From NCBI GenBank assembly GCA_040511655.1, contig JBEVGQ010000180.1:1-44848 (forward strand): a stretch of DNA of 44,848 nt. Reading direction: 5' to 3'. The notes beneath the pieces are model-generated. The model saw nothing but the letters and a program-made list of their open reading frames with translations. It had not been told where the DNA came from and searched no databases. Both the position numbers and the translations under genes were made by a program. Each line of letters starts with the position of its first letter. Position 1 is the first letter of the stretch. Shown piece after piece: positions 9,643 through 19,365 of the stretch. Source of the DNA: Aeromicrobium sp. (GTDB taxonomy: Bacteria; Actinomycetota; Actinomycetes; Propionibacteriales; Nocardioidaceae).

Positions 9643-10392
9643 GTGCCAGAGGACACTGAACACCTCCCGGGGGCGGTCGGCGGAGTCACCCGCATCGGGC
9701 GCACCGTGCGCCGTCCGACGGGTCCGTGGACGCCGGCGGTGCACGAGCTGCTGACCTTCCTGGACGACGAGGGCTTGCGCGGCGTCCCGGCGCTGCACGG
9801 TCTGGACGACGAGGGCCGTGAGGTGCTCGAGCACGTCGAGGGCCGTGGGGTGCCGATCGACCGCGAGGTGGTGCTCGACACCGTTCTCGAGGAGGCCGTG
9901 ACCTGGCTGCGCGACTACCACGACCTGGTCGAGGGCTTCCGGCCGTCCGGCCGCCGCACCTGGCGCGGGGGAGAGGCCGAGCTCGCCGACGGCGAGATCA
10001 TCTGCCACAACGACCCGGGTGCGTACAACTGGATCATCCAGAGCGGCCACTTCGTCGCGATGATCGACTGGGACATGGCAGGGCCTGGTCGCGCGATCGA
10101 CGACCTCGCGTTCATGGCCTGGACGGCGATCCCGCTCTATCGCGAGATCCCGGTCGCCGACGTCGCGCGTCGCCTGGGCATCCTGGTCGACGCCTACGGC
10201 GAGTGGGGCCCGATGACGGTGCTCGACGCCGTGGTCGAGCGGATGTCGGCGGCGTCCGATCGCATCGAGGCCGGCCAGGCCCGCGGCGACCAGGGGTTCG
10301 TCAACCTCGGGCGGGTCGGCGAGCCCCAGCGCACCCGCGACCGCGTCGCGGCGTTCCGCGAGCGCATCCCCGCCATCGAGGCCGAGCTGTGA
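9643..10392 (+). CDS. APH/choline-kinase-like phosphotransferase
   Basis: TVRRPTGPWTPAVHELL, ICHNDPGAYN (Brenner-type motif), IDWD. Confidence 0.88.
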   Translation: MPEDTEHLPGAVGGVTRIGRTVRRPTGPWTPAVHELLTFLDDEGLRGVPALHGLDDEGREVLEHVEGRGVPIDREVVLDTVLEEAVTWLRDYHDLVEGFRPSGRRTWRGGEAELADGEIICHNDPGAYNWIIQSGHFVAMIDWDMAGPGRAIDDLAFMAWTAIPLYREIPVADVARRLGILVDAYGEWGPMTVLDAVVERMSAASDRIEAGQARGDQGFVNLGRVGEPQRTRDRVAAFRERIPAIEAEL

Positions 10393-10820
10393 CCCAGCGG
10401 CCTCCGCTGGCCGAGACGCTCGACCTGCAGCCGCACCCCGAGGGCGGCTGGTATCGCCGCACGTGGGCGTCGGACGTCGAGGTGTCGCTGCCCGATGGCC
10501 GGGTACGGCCGACGGCCACGGCGATCCTGTTCATGCTGCCGGCGGGGGAGTCGTCGGCCTGGCACCGCGTCACGTCCGACGAGGTGTGGATCGCGCAGCG
10601 CGGCTCGGTGCGGCTCGAGCTGGGTGGCACGCACGGGCGTCCCGAGGTGGCAGCAGCCCTGGACGTCGGCACGGACCTCGATCTCGGCGAGGTGCCGCAG
10701 GTCCGGGTGCCCGCCGGCACGTGGCAGCGCACCGTCCCGTCGTCGGCGGACGCGCTGGTCAGCTGCGTCGTGTCGCCGGGGTTCGACTTCGACGACTTCG
10801 AGCTCGACGTCACCCTCTGA
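10389..10820 (+). CDS. Cupin domain protein (DUF985/Cupin_5)
   Basis: LQPHPEGGWYRRTW, TAILFML, SAWHRV, SCVVSPGFDFDDF; GTGA overlap with the upstream stop. Confidence 0.9.
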   Translation: MTQRPPLAETLDLQPHPEGGWYRRTWASDVEVSLPDGRVRPTATAILFMLPAGESSAWHRVTSDEVWIAQRGSVRLELGGTHGRPEVAAALDVGTDLDLGEVPQVRVPAGTWQRTVPSSADALVSCVVSPGFDFDDFELDVTL

Positions 10821-11544
10821 CGAGCCGCGGCATCCCGAAGGCCGTGCGCACGCCGCGCGAGTGCAGCACCGAGTCGGGCTGGCGGTCGACCAGGCCCGGG
10901 AGGCCCGCAGCGGCGACGAGGTCGTCGTCGAGGTGTTCGAGCGTCGCGTGACGCAGGGGCCACGGCTCGTGGTGGTTGGGGATCCAGAGCGTCCGCCCCA
11001 TCCACCGCGTGTGCAACCCGAAGCGGGCGGTGACGAACTCGTCCACCGGAGTGGGGTTGGCGATGGCATCCCCGACGCGGACGCGCATCGTGCCGCCGGC
11101 GCCGTGTGGTCGCGGCCAGCGGCGGCGGGTCGTGTACTCGATGGTGTCGCCCGACTCCTCGATGCGCATGCGGGCCCACGTGTAGGGCGTCGCGAACGCG
11201 AGCCTGGCGCCGATCGCGACCGCGAGCCGCGTGGTCTCCAGCGATCGGAACACGACGCCGTGGTGCCCCTCGGCGTCGACGGAGTACACCCGCACGTTGG
11301 TCTCGGCGAAGTCGCCGAAGAACGGGACGGCCGGCCCGCGTCCGAAGCCGGCGCGCTGCATGTCGAAGGGGATCAGGCCGACGTAGGTGACGCCGTCGAG
11401 CACGTCCGGACGCGTTCGCGGCGGCAGCAGAGGTGCCACGAGCCCGGGGTCGACCGCCCAGTGGACGAACGTGATCCGGTTCCAGTCCTGCTGCATGATG
11501 CGGGGCCCCCGCAGAGGAGCCGGCCGCGGGTTGAACGTGTTCAC
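10810..11544 (-). CDS. YqjF/DUF2071 family protein
   Basis: MQQDWNRITFVHW, FAETNVRVY, GVVFRSL, HEPWPL. Start codon uncertain. Confidence 0.88.
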   Translation of the reverse strand: MNTFNPRPAPLRGPRIMQQDWNRITFVHWAVDPGLVAPLLPPRTRPDVLDGVTYVGLIPFDMQRAGFGRGPAVPFFGDFAETNVRVYSVDAEGHHGVVFRSLETTRLAVAIGARLAFATPYTWARMRIEESGDTIEYTTRRRWPRPHGAGGTMRVRVGDAIANPTPVDEFVTARFGLHTRWMGRTLWIPNHHEPWPLRHATLEHLDDDLVAAAGLPGLVDRQPDSVLHSRGVRTAFGMPRLVRG

Positions 11545-11649
11545 TTCTTGAGTATGGGTGGTGCGGACCGACGTGGCTCGATGAGTGGCCGCCGACCACG
11601 TGGGTTGCGCCTGTGGGAGGTGGGACTGCTGCACGATCAGGTGGCAGAT

Positions 11650-12034
11650 TGAGCTGCCCCCACTTCGGTTTCCACAGACGGTGATGATTCGACGGCCTCG
11701 CTGAAAAGGCTTTGGCAGCGCCCCATTCCTATCCGCCTGAGTTCCGTGCTCGCGAGATCGCGCTGGGCGGTGTGCGAGCAAGCAACGTCAACACCACCGC
11801 CTACGCGATGGGCATCAGCGCCGGCCGCCTGCACAATTGGCTCGCGCAGGACCGCATCGACCGCGGCGAGATCATCGGCACGCCCACCGTCGAGGCACCG
11901 GACCTGCGTGCCGCCCGCAAGCGGATCCGTGAGCTCGGAACAGGGCTGGCCACTATCCGCCAGCCGTCCACATCCCTGGGTGAGGACAGGTCTCACCCAG
12001 AAAGGGTTCACCCGGTGGGGAAGGGGGCAGCCGG
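11650..12034 (+). mobile_element. Internally deleted, degenerate IS3-family element
   Basis: Left end TGAGCTGCCCCC; inverted GGGGGCAGC at 12023-12031. OrfA-like HTH (SYPPEFR...GISAGRLHNWLAQDRID...LRAARKRIREL) and the orfA/orfB junction (CCCAGAAAGGGTTCACCCGGTG) are present; orfB (DDE) is absent. Confidence 0.8.
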
Positions 12035-12196
12035 CGTAGGCCCGAAATGGGGAGTTGGCGAGGCCAGAGCCCCGCCGACTCGGTGACTCGGACCCCGGTG
12101 AGGGGCCACAGGTCTCCCATCAGATTGATGACTCACCACTACGGCCTATCCCAGAGCGGCGACCGCGTGGCGGTGCCGTGTAGACCGCTCCTCGCG

Positions 12197-12226
12197 TTGT
12201 CCTCGAATGGGTATATTGTATACAAT
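12197..12226 (+). promoter_or_regulatory. Promoter (TTGTCC-N18-TACAAT) overlapped by the palindromic GntR-type operator ATTGTATACAAT
   Basis: Perfect 12-bp palindrome at 12215-12226 directly upstream of the GntR gene; fits the GT-N-AC form of GntR operators. Confidence 0.7.
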
Positions 12227-12256
12227 TAATAAGATGAGTTTGAGAGAGGGGTTCCG

Positions 12257-12943
12257 GTGCAGGTGTCCGAGATCGCCGCGCAACGTGTCCCGGTGAGCAA
12301 GGTCGACTACGTCGTGGGGCGAGTGCGCGAAGAGATCGACACCGGTCAGCTCGAGACAGGCGAGCCGTTGCGTCAGGTCGAGCTCGCCGAGCGCTACGGG
12401 GTCAGTGCCACGCCGGTGCGCGAGGCGCTACGACTGCTGGCGGCCGAGGGGCTCGTGGCGTACGTGCAGCACCGTGGAGTTTCGGTCGCGGAGATGCGCC
12501 CCGAGTCGGTTCGCGATCTCTATCGCCTCCGCTCGGTGTCGGAGGGGCTCGCGGTCGAGCTGGCCGTCGCGCGGATGCAGCCCGATCGGCTCGCGGCGAT
12601 CCGGGCCGCGCACGACGCGCTGGCCGCGACTCGTGGCGACGGCGATCCCACGGAGCTGTCGGCGCTCAACCGAGCGTTTCACTTCTCCATCTACGACTCT
12701 GGATCCGAAGTCATCACGCGACAGCTGCGGCACATCTGGACTGCGTTGCCGGCTCGTCACACCCTCTGGACCGCGAAGGACAGCACGCGGGTGCTACTGC
12801 GCGAGCATGCCCAGATCCTCGTCGCCATCGAGCAGGGTGATGCCCTCGGTGCCGGACGGCTGATGGCCGCCCACGTCATGACGGCCGGACGGCTCCGTGC
12901 CTTCGGCGGCGATGCCCGATCTGAGGAGGGGGCTGCACGATGA
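12257..12943 (+). CDS. GntR-family regulator (FadR/FCD)
   Basis: LRQVELAERYGVSATPVREAL HTH; FCD domain NRAFH...EHAQIL. Confidence 0.93.
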   Translation: MQVSEIAAQRVPVSKVDYVVGRVREEIDTGQLETGEPLRQVELAERYGVSATPVREALRLLAAEGLVAYVQHRGVSVAEMRPESVRDLYRLRSVSEGLAVELAVARMQPDRLAAIRAAHDALAATRGDGDPTELSALNRAFHFSIYDSGSEVITRQLRHIWTALPARHTLWTAKDSTRVLLREHAQILVAIEQGDALGAGRLMAAHVMTAGRLRAFGGDARSEEGAAR

Positions 12944-14412
12944 TCACCTCGCAGACGCTGCAGGACGTCGTCGACTCCGCCGGGCTGCCCGGCGTCCTGA
13001 CGGCGCTCGTCGCCGGTGCCTCCGTCCCGCGCGCAGACGGCCCTATCCACGACGTGCTCGATCCGGCGACGGACGCGGTCGTGACCCGGTTCGAGGAGAC
13101 GTCGCCCGGCGGCGTGGCAACGGCTGTCGAGAACGCGCACAGCGCGGTCCGGGGCTGGGCGATGATCGATCCCGCCGAACGCGGCCGGGTGCTCCTACGC
13201 CTCGCTGGCACGATACGAGACCACGCCGACATACTCGCTCGTCTGGAGTCGATCGACTCGGGCAAGCCGCTGTCGCAGGCACGAGCCGACATCGCCGTCA
13301 GCGCCCGGTACTTCGAGTACTACGCCGGAGCGGTCGACAAGATCGGCGGCGAGACCATTCCGCAAGCGGCCGACACGTTCAGCTACACGCTGCGCGAGCC
13401 ATTCGGGGTGGTTGCCCACATCACGCCGTGGAACGCTCCGCTCAGCCAGATGATGCGAGGGGTCGCCCCGTGCCTGGCCGCGGGCAACACCGTCGTCGTC
13501 AAGCCGTCGGAGCTGACGCCACTCACGTCATGGCTCGCCGCGCGGCTCCTGGTCGAAGCAGGCCTGCCGCCGGGGGTCTGCAACATCGTGCTCGGTCCCG
13601 GATCAACGACCGGGCACACCCTGGTCTCCCATCCGTTGGTCCGGCACATCACGTTTACCGGCTCGGTCGCGGTGGGTCGAGTCGTCGGCGGTGTCGCGGC
13701 CGAACGCATCATCGGGTGCAACCTCGAGCTGGGCGGCAAGTCACCGACCATCATCTGTGACGACGCCGACCTCGACACGGCGGCGAAGGCCGGCGCGCTC
13801 GCCGTGATCCGCAACTCGGGTCAGTCGTGCTTCGCGACGACACGCCTGCTGGTGCAGCGCAGCGTCCACGACGCCTTCGTCGACAAGGTCGCCGCGCACA
13901 TCGGCGGGCTCTCGGTCGGGCACGGACTCGACGATCCCGATCTCGGTCCGCTGATCTCGTCGGTGCAGCGCGAACGGGTCGCCACGATCCTTGATGCGGC
14001 CCGCGCAGACGGCGCCTCGGTCGTCGTCGGCGGGCGCAGCCTCGATGGTCCTGGGCACTTCTTCGAGCCGACGCTGCTGCGCGACGTCACCAACGACATG
14101 TCGGTCGCCCGTGACGAGATCTTCGGGCCCGTGCAGTCGGTCATCGCCTTCGACGACCTCGACGAGGCGGTGCGGGTCGCCAACGACTCGCCCTATGGCC
14201 TGTCCGCGGGAATCTTCACGCGCGACGTCGGTCGTGCCCACCGGGCCGCACGCGATTTGCAGGCCGGCCAGGTGCAGGTCAATCGCTATGCCGGTGCCGG
14301 GGTGGAGGTGCCGTTCGGGGGTTACAAGAACAGCGGCCTAGGCCGCGAGAAGGGCCTTGAGGCACTGCACCACTACACCCAGCTCAAGAGCGTCATCGTG
14401 GACATCTCATGA
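12940..14412 (+). CDS. Aldehyde dehydrogenase
   Basis: ITPWN, KPSE, FTGS, LELGGKSP, catalytic Cys in NSGQSC, EIFGPV, PFGGYK. Confidence 0.95.
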   Translation: MITSQTLQDVVDSAGLPGVLTALVAGASVPRADGPIHDVLDPATDAVVTRFEETSPGGVATAVENAHSAVRGWAMIDPAERGRVLLRLAGTIRDHADILARLESIDSGKPLSQARADIAVSARYFEYYAGAVDKIGGETIPQAADTFSYTLREPFGVVAHITPWNAPLSQMMRGVAPCLAAGNTVVVKPSELTPLTSWLAARLLVEAGLPPGVCNIVLGPGSTTGHTLVSHPLVRHITFTGSVAVGRVVGGVAAERIIGCNLELGGKSPTIICDDADLDTAAKAGALAVIRNSGQSCFATTRLLVQRSVHDAFVDKVAAHIGGLSVGHGLDDPDLGPLISSVQRERVATILDAARADGASVVVGGRSLDGPGHFFEPTLLRDVTNDMSVARDEIFGPVQSVIAFDDLDEAVRVANDSPYGLSAGIFTRDVGRAHRAARDLQAGQVQVNRYAGAGVEVPFGGYKNSGLGREKGLEALHHYTQLKSVIVDIS

Positions 14413-14428
14413 AGCATGGAAGGACGTC

Positions 14429-15307
14429 ATGAACAGCACGGCCACCCTCGGATTCATCGGTCTCGGCGTGATGGGTTCGCGCATGTCGGCCAACCTGATC
14501 CGTCGCTCGGGCCACCCCGTCGTCGTGTTCGACCCGGTGGTCGAGGCGGTGACGGCTGCCGTCAACCTCGGGGCCCACGCTGCGGCTGACGTCGCCGATC
14601 TGGCACGCCGCAGCGATATCGTCTTCTTGTCGCTGCCGAGCATCGTGCAGGTCGAGCAGGTGTGCGCCGAGCTCGTCGCGGGTGACCCACGCCCGCGCAT
14701 CATCGTCGACATGAGCACCAGCGACGTCGATCGCACGCGTTCGCTCGCGGCGCGGCTCGCAGAGGTGGGGGTCACCCTCGTCGACGCGCCGGTAGCCCGC
14801 CTGCGCCAGGCCGCCGAGGACGGCACGCTGCTGATCACGGTGGGTGCCGAGGGTGAGCTGCTCGACGAACTGAAGACGCTCCTGTCCACGATGGGCAGCG
14901 ACGTCGTCGCGGGCGGCGGCATCGGGAACGGTCAGGTGCTCAAGATCCTGAACAACATGGTCCTGTTCCTCACCATGAACGCGCTCGCCGAGGCCATGGC
15001 GATCGGTCGCGCCGCGGGAGTCGACGGAGCGTTGCTCTTCGACTCGCTGTCTTTGGGCTCCGCCGACAGCTTCGCCCTGCGCAAGACCGGATCGGCGACC
15101 CTGATCCCCGACGAGTTCCCCGAGAAGACGTTCCCGACCAACTACGCCATCAAGGATCTCGCGCTAGCACTCGAGCTCGCCTCGTCGACCGCGATCGACG
15201 CGGGCGCGGCACGCCAGACCATGGAGCTCCTGGAGCGCACGCGCGACGCGGGTTACGGCGACAGCTACTACCCGGTCATGGTCAAGCTGGTGGACGGCCG
15301 TGGCTGA
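14429..15307 (+). CDS. NAD(P)-dependent beta-hydroxyacid dehydrogenase
   Basis: FIGLGVMG, DMST, DAPV, catalytic KILNN, KDL; RBS GGAAGGA. Confidence 0.9.
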   Translation: MNSTATLGFIGLGVMGSRMSANLIRRSGHPVVVFDPVVEAVTAAVNLGAHAAADVADLARRSDIVFLSLPSIVQVEQVCAELVAGDPRPRIIVDMSTSDVDRTRSLAARLAEVGVTLVDAPVARLRQAAEDGTLLITVGAEGELLDELKTLLSTMGSDVVAGGGIGNGQVLKILNNMVLFLTMNALAEAMAIGRAAGVDGALLFDSLSLGSADSFALRKTGSATLIPDEFPEKTFPTNYAIKDLALALELASSTAIDAGAARQTMELLERTRDAGYGDSYYPVMVKLVDGRG

Positions 15308-16100
15308 GACAGCGGTGTGGGACGGCCACGCCATCCGTCTGGGCAGCGTCGATCGCCTCGCACGGGACAACTTCCTGCAGCCTGGCGATCGCGCCGGCTC
15401 CATGCGGCTCGACTTCACGGTGTGGCTGCTGCGATCGGGCAAGGACACGGTCATGGTCGACACGGGGTTCGCCGCCGAGGCCGGCCGCAGGCGGGGACGC
15501 GTCGCCGACCGGACCCCGGCATCGGCACTCGTCGAGCTGGGACTCGATCCGGCCGACGTCGGCCATGTCGTGCTCTCGCACGCCCACTACGACCACGCGG
15601 GCAACATCGGCGAGTTCCCCGGGGCGGAGGTTGTCGTACAGGCCGAGGAGCTGGCCTACATCACGGGCGACTCGATGCGTCACGCCTCGCTCAGCCACTT
15701 CTTCGAGATCGACGACGTTGTCGACCTCGTGCGCCGGGTGCACGCGGGTTCGGTGCGCGTGGTGGACGGAGACGTGACGCTCTTGCCGGGTCTCGAGCTC
15801 CATCTCATCGGCGGGCACACCCGGGGCCTGCAGGTCGTGCGCGTGCACACGGCTCGTGGATGGGTCGTGCTGGCTTCTGACGCCTTGCACTACTACGAGA
15901 ATCTGGCCCAGCGCAACCCGTTCCCGGCCCTCCTTGACCTCGGCAAGCTGTTGGACGGCTACGACCGCATCGAGCGGCTCGCCGACACCGCCGAGCACAT
16001 CGTGCCCGGGCACGACCCCGATGTCTTCCGCCGTTACCTCGACGACTCCTCGGGCCTTCCTGACGGCATCGTCGCGTTGCACCACCCCCCACGACCCTGA
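15300..16100 (+). CDS. N-acyl homoserine lactonase-family metallo-beta-lactamase-fold hydrolase
   Basis: VDTGF, SHAHYDHAG (HxHxDH), GGHTRG, LASDA, VPGHDP. Confidence 0.88.
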   Translation: MAETAVWDGHAIRLGSVDRLARDNFLQPGDRAGSMRLDFTVWLLRSGKDTVMVDTGFAAEAGRRRGRVADRTPASALVELGLDPADVGHVVLSHAHYDHAGNIGEFPGAEVVVQAEELAYITGDSMRHASLSHFFEIDDVVDLVRRVHAGSVRVVDGDVTLLPGLELHLIGGHTRGLQVVRVHTARGWVVLASDALHYYENLAQRNPFPALLDLGKLLDGYDRIERLADTAEHIVPGHDPDVFRRYLDDSSGLPDGIVALHHPPRP

Positions 16101-16120
16101 CCCGACCGGAGAACATCAGC

Positions 16121-17278
16121 ATGGACTTCACCCTGCCCGCCGAGCTCGAAGAGCTGCGCCGTTCCGTCGAACGTCTGGCCGCCGACCGGCTGGCCGACGG
16201 TGCGTTGGCGCGTGCCCACGCGTCGGACTACCCGTGGGACGTCGCCAAGCTGTTCGCCTCGCAGGGGCTGCTCGGCCTGACCATCTCCGAGGAGGCGGGC
16301 GGGCAGGGCGGATCGCTCATGGCGGCGGTCACCGCGATCCAGGCAGTCGCGTCCTCGTGTCCTCGCAGCGCCGACGTCGTGCAGGCCGGCAACTTCGGCG
16401 CCATCCGCACGTTCGCGGAGTACGCCACGCCCGAGCAGCGCGAGCGGTACCTGCCGACGCTGTTGGCCGGCGAGAGCCTGATCGGACTCGGTATGAGCGA
16501 GCCGGAGGCCGGATCGGCGGTCACCGACCTGCGGACAGCAGCCACACGTGACGGCGCGGGGTGGCGCATCAACGGCACCAAGGTGTTCTCGACGCACAGC
16601 GCGGAGGCGAGTGTCTTCCTGGTCTACGTACGGTTCGCTCCGGGCGTCAGCGGAATCGGCTCGGTGCTGATCGACCGGGACGCCGAGGGACTGTCGATCG
16701 GTGCGCCCTCGACCTTCATGAACGGCGAGCACTGGTGCCAGCTCTACTTCGAGGATTGCTTCGTGCCCGATGCGCAGGTGCTGCTCGGCGAGGGCGGTTT
16801 CAAGAAGCAGATCAGCGGCTTCAACATCGAGCGCCTCGGCAATGCGTCGCGGTCGATCGCGGTGGGTCGGTACGCCTTCGACCAGGCCAAGGAGCACCTG
16901 CTGGTGCGCGAGCAGTTCGGTCGCCCCCTCGCGGAGTTCCAGGGACTGCAGTGGATGTTCGCCGAGGCCGCGGTCAAGCTCGAGTCGGCCCAGCTGCTGC
17001 TGCATCGGGCGGCGACGGCAGGCGATCGTGACGGCATCCCGTCCGCCTTCGACACAGCCGTGGCGAAGTTCGCCGCCAACGAAGCAGGGTACGAGGCGGC
17101 CAACGTGGCGGTGCAGGCCATGGGAGCCACGGGGTTTAGCCAGGAGTCGCTGGTCGAATACTGCATGCGTCGTACGCGGGGATGGATGATCGCCGGTGGC
17201 TCGACCGAGGTGCTCAAGAACCGCATCGCCGAGTCGGTCTTCGACCGCCGATTCGACCAGCGCCGGGCTCGCTCATGA
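16121..17278 (+). CDS. Acyl-CoA dehydrogenase-family flavoprotein
   Basis: MSEPEAGS, INGTKVF, FNIERL, REQFGRPLAEFQGLQW, IAGGSTE. Confidence 0.92.
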   Translation: MDFTLPAELEELRRSVERLAADRLADGALARAHASDYPWDVAKLFASQGLLGLTISEEAGGQGGSLMAAVTAIQAVASSCPRSADVVQAGNFGAIRTFAEYATPEQRERYLPTLLAGESLIGLGMSEPEAGSAVTDLRTAATRDGAGWRINGTKVFSTHSAEASVFLVYVRFAPGVSGIGSVLIDRDAEGLSIGAPSTFMNGEHWCQLYFEDCFVPDAQVLLGEGGFKKQISGFNIERLGNASRSIAVGRYAFDQAKEHLLVREQFGRPLAEFQGLQWMFAEAAVKLESAQLLLHRAATAGDRDGIPSAFDTAVAKFAANEAGYEAANVAVQAMGATGFSQESLVEYCMRRTRGWMIAGGSTEVLKNRIAESVFDRRFDQRRARS

Positions 17279-19365
17279 GCCGTGAGCCCGACGCGGCGCT
17301 CCACGCCGCGCTGTTCGCCCCTCGGTCGGTGGCGATCGTGGGTGCATCGGACGATCCGACGAAGCTGACCGCGCGACCGCTGGCCAACCTGCGGCGCACC
17401 GGCTGGTCGGGCGACGTGTTCCCGGTCAACCCCACCCGCGACACCGTGATGGGCGAACAGGCCTGGCCGTCGCTCGGCGTGCTGCCCGTGGTCCCCGATC
17501 ACGTGTTCGTGCTGACGGGTGCTGACCTGGCCGTCGAGGCGGTGCGCGAGGCCGCAGACCTGGGCGTCGGTGTCGTGACGGTGATGGCTGACGACTTCGT
17601 CGACGACGGACCTGACGCCACGCGTCGTCGTGCCGCGCTGACTCGCGCTCTGGACGGCAGCTCGACCCGCCTGCTCGGGCCCAGCAGCCTGGGAGTCGCG
17701 TCGCTGGCCGAAGGGCTCGTGGTGACGGCCAACGCGGCCTTCAGCGAGGGGGAGCTGCCGACCGGAGGCATGTTCGTGGCGTCACAGTCCGGAAGCGCGA
17801 TGGGTTCGCTCGTGTCGCGCGGCAAGGACATGGGCACCGGTTTCCGCGCGCTCGTGTCGACGGGAAGTGAGCTGGACGTGACGCTCGGCGAGATCTGTCT
17901 GTCCTCCGTCGACGATCCCCTCATCACGAGCTATGCCCTGTTCATGGAGCACCTCAAGGGCGCCGATGACCTGCGGGCGTTCGCTGTGGCAGCCGCGCAG
18001 CGCAGCAAGCCGGTGCTGGTCTACAAGCTGGGCCGCTCGCAGGCCGGCGCCAGCCTGGCGGTGTCCCACACCGGGGCCCTCGCCGGCGACGACGCGGTGG
18101 CCGATGCCTTGTTCCGTGATCTCGGCTTCGGACGGGTCAGTAACTTCGAGGCCCTCCTCGAGGGGCACGATCTCGCTCGCGCGGTGCCGCTCAGCCCGCG
18201 CGGCACGCGCAGGCCTCGCATCGGCGTCCTCTCGACGACCGGTGGGGGCGGCGCCATGATGATCGACTGTCTCGCTGTGCGGGGCGCCGAGATTGTCGCC
18301 CCGTCCGCCGAGACGCTGGCCCGACTCGAGGCGGCTGACGTCAGCGTGGGCAGCGGTGCCCTCGTCGACGTGACGTTGGCGGGCACGCGCTACGAGGTCA
18401 TGCGTGCCGCGCTCGACATCCTGACCACGGCGCCGGAGTTCGATGCCGTGGTCGCGGTGCCCGGATCGTCGGCCCGATTCCACCCCGAGCTCGCGGTCAA
18501 GCCGATCGCGGACAGCATCGGCACCGGCTCGCCCCTCGCGGCGTTCGTGGTCCCGTCCGCGCCCGACGCGCTGCGCTTGCTCCGTGACGCCGGGGTCTCG
18601 GCTTTTCGCACGCCCGAGGCATGCGCGGACGCCGTCCTGGCGGTCTTCGGCCGCCAGAAGCCCGTCGCCCGCGACGTCCCGGTGCTCGACCGCGATGCAT
18701 CGACGCGTGTCCTGGACGAGGTGGAGTCCTATGAGGTGCTCGCCGCGGTGGGGCTCGAGCATGCCGCAGCTGCGGTGGTGGCCGTGGCTGATCTGCCGGG
18801 CGACCTGCCGGTCCCGGGACCGGCCGTGGTGAAGCTGCTCTCGGACGAGATCTCGCACAAGTCCGACGTCGGGGGGGTCGTGCTCGGCATCGTGGACGGC
18901 GACGGGCTCGCCCGTGCCGCGAAGTCGATCGTCGCGTCGGTGGCCCACCACGCACCCGGGGTCGCGGTGGAGCACCTTCTCGTGCAGAGCATGGTGTCCG
19001 GACTCGGGGAGGTGCTGGTGGGCTTTCGCCACGACCGCGACGCCGGGCCGATCGTGGTCCTTGCCGCGGGCGGGGTTCTCGCCGAGCTGTACCAGGATCG
19101 CAGCGTCCGCACCGCGCCCGTCGACCTCGAGGAGGCTGGCGCCATGATCGACGAGGTGGTCGCGTTGCAGGCACTCGACGGATATCGCGGGGCGGCCCCG
19201 GGTGACCTCGGGGCACTGGCTCGGGCCGTCACGGCCATGTCGCAGATCGGGCTGACCGGCGGGCCGGGCGGCGTCGTGGTCGAGGCGGAGGTGAACCCGT
19301 TGATCGTCCGCGCCTCCGGTGTCGTCGCAGTCGACGCCCTCGTCCGCCGGACGGTCGGCTCGTGA
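17275..19365 (+). CDS. Acetate/acyl-CoA ligase (ADP-forming), fused alpha-beta
   Basis: PRSVAIVGAS, SQSGS, phospho-His SHTGALAG, ATP-grasp HKSDVGGV and EVNPL; ATGA overlap. Confidence 0.92.
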   Translation: MSREPDAALHAALFAPRSVAIVGASDDPTKLTARPLANLRRTGWSGDVFPVNPTRDTVMGEQAWPSLGVLPVVPDHVFVLTGADLAVEAVREAADLGVGVVTVMADDFVDDGPDATRRRAALTRALDGSSTRLLGPSSLGVASLAEGLVVTANAAFSEGELPTGGMFVASQSGSAMGSLVSRGKDMGTGFRALVSTGSELDVTLGEICLSSVDDPLITSYALFMEHLKGADDLRAFAVAAAQRSKPVLVYKLGRSQAGASLAVSHTGALAGDDAVADALFRDLGFGRVSNFEALLEGHDLARAVPLSPRGTRRPRIGVLSTTGGGGAMMIDCLAVRGAEIVAPSAETLARLEAADVSVGSGALVDVTLAGTRYEVMRAALDILTTAPEFDAVVAVPGSSARFHPELAVKPIADSIGTGSPLAAFVVPSAPDALRLLRDAGVSAFRTPEACADAVLAVFGRQKPVARDVPVLDRDASTRVLDEVESYEVLAAVGLEHAAAAVVAVADLPGDLPVPGPAVVKLLSDEISHKSDVGGVVLGIVDGDGLARAAKSIVASVAHHAPGVAVEHLLVQSMVSGLGEVLVGFRHDRDAGPIVVLAAGGVLAELYQDRSVRTAPVDLEEAGAMIDEVVALQALDGYRGAAPGDLGALARAVTAMSQIGLTGGPGGVVVEAEVNPLIVRASGVVAVDALVRRTVGS

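Noticed and set aside
9643-10392. Aminoglycoside resistance gene
   Set aside because: Only the generic APH-fold motifs are present, in a core context with no mobile element.
15300-16100. Definite quorum-quenching enzyme or beta-lactamase
   Set aside because: HxHxDH identifies the family only, and the catabolic operon context favours a metabolic lactone.
16121-17278. 3-sulfinopropionyl-CoA desulfinase
   Set aside because: It retains Glu in NIER and appears to lack the Arg/Gln pair I recall for that enzyme.
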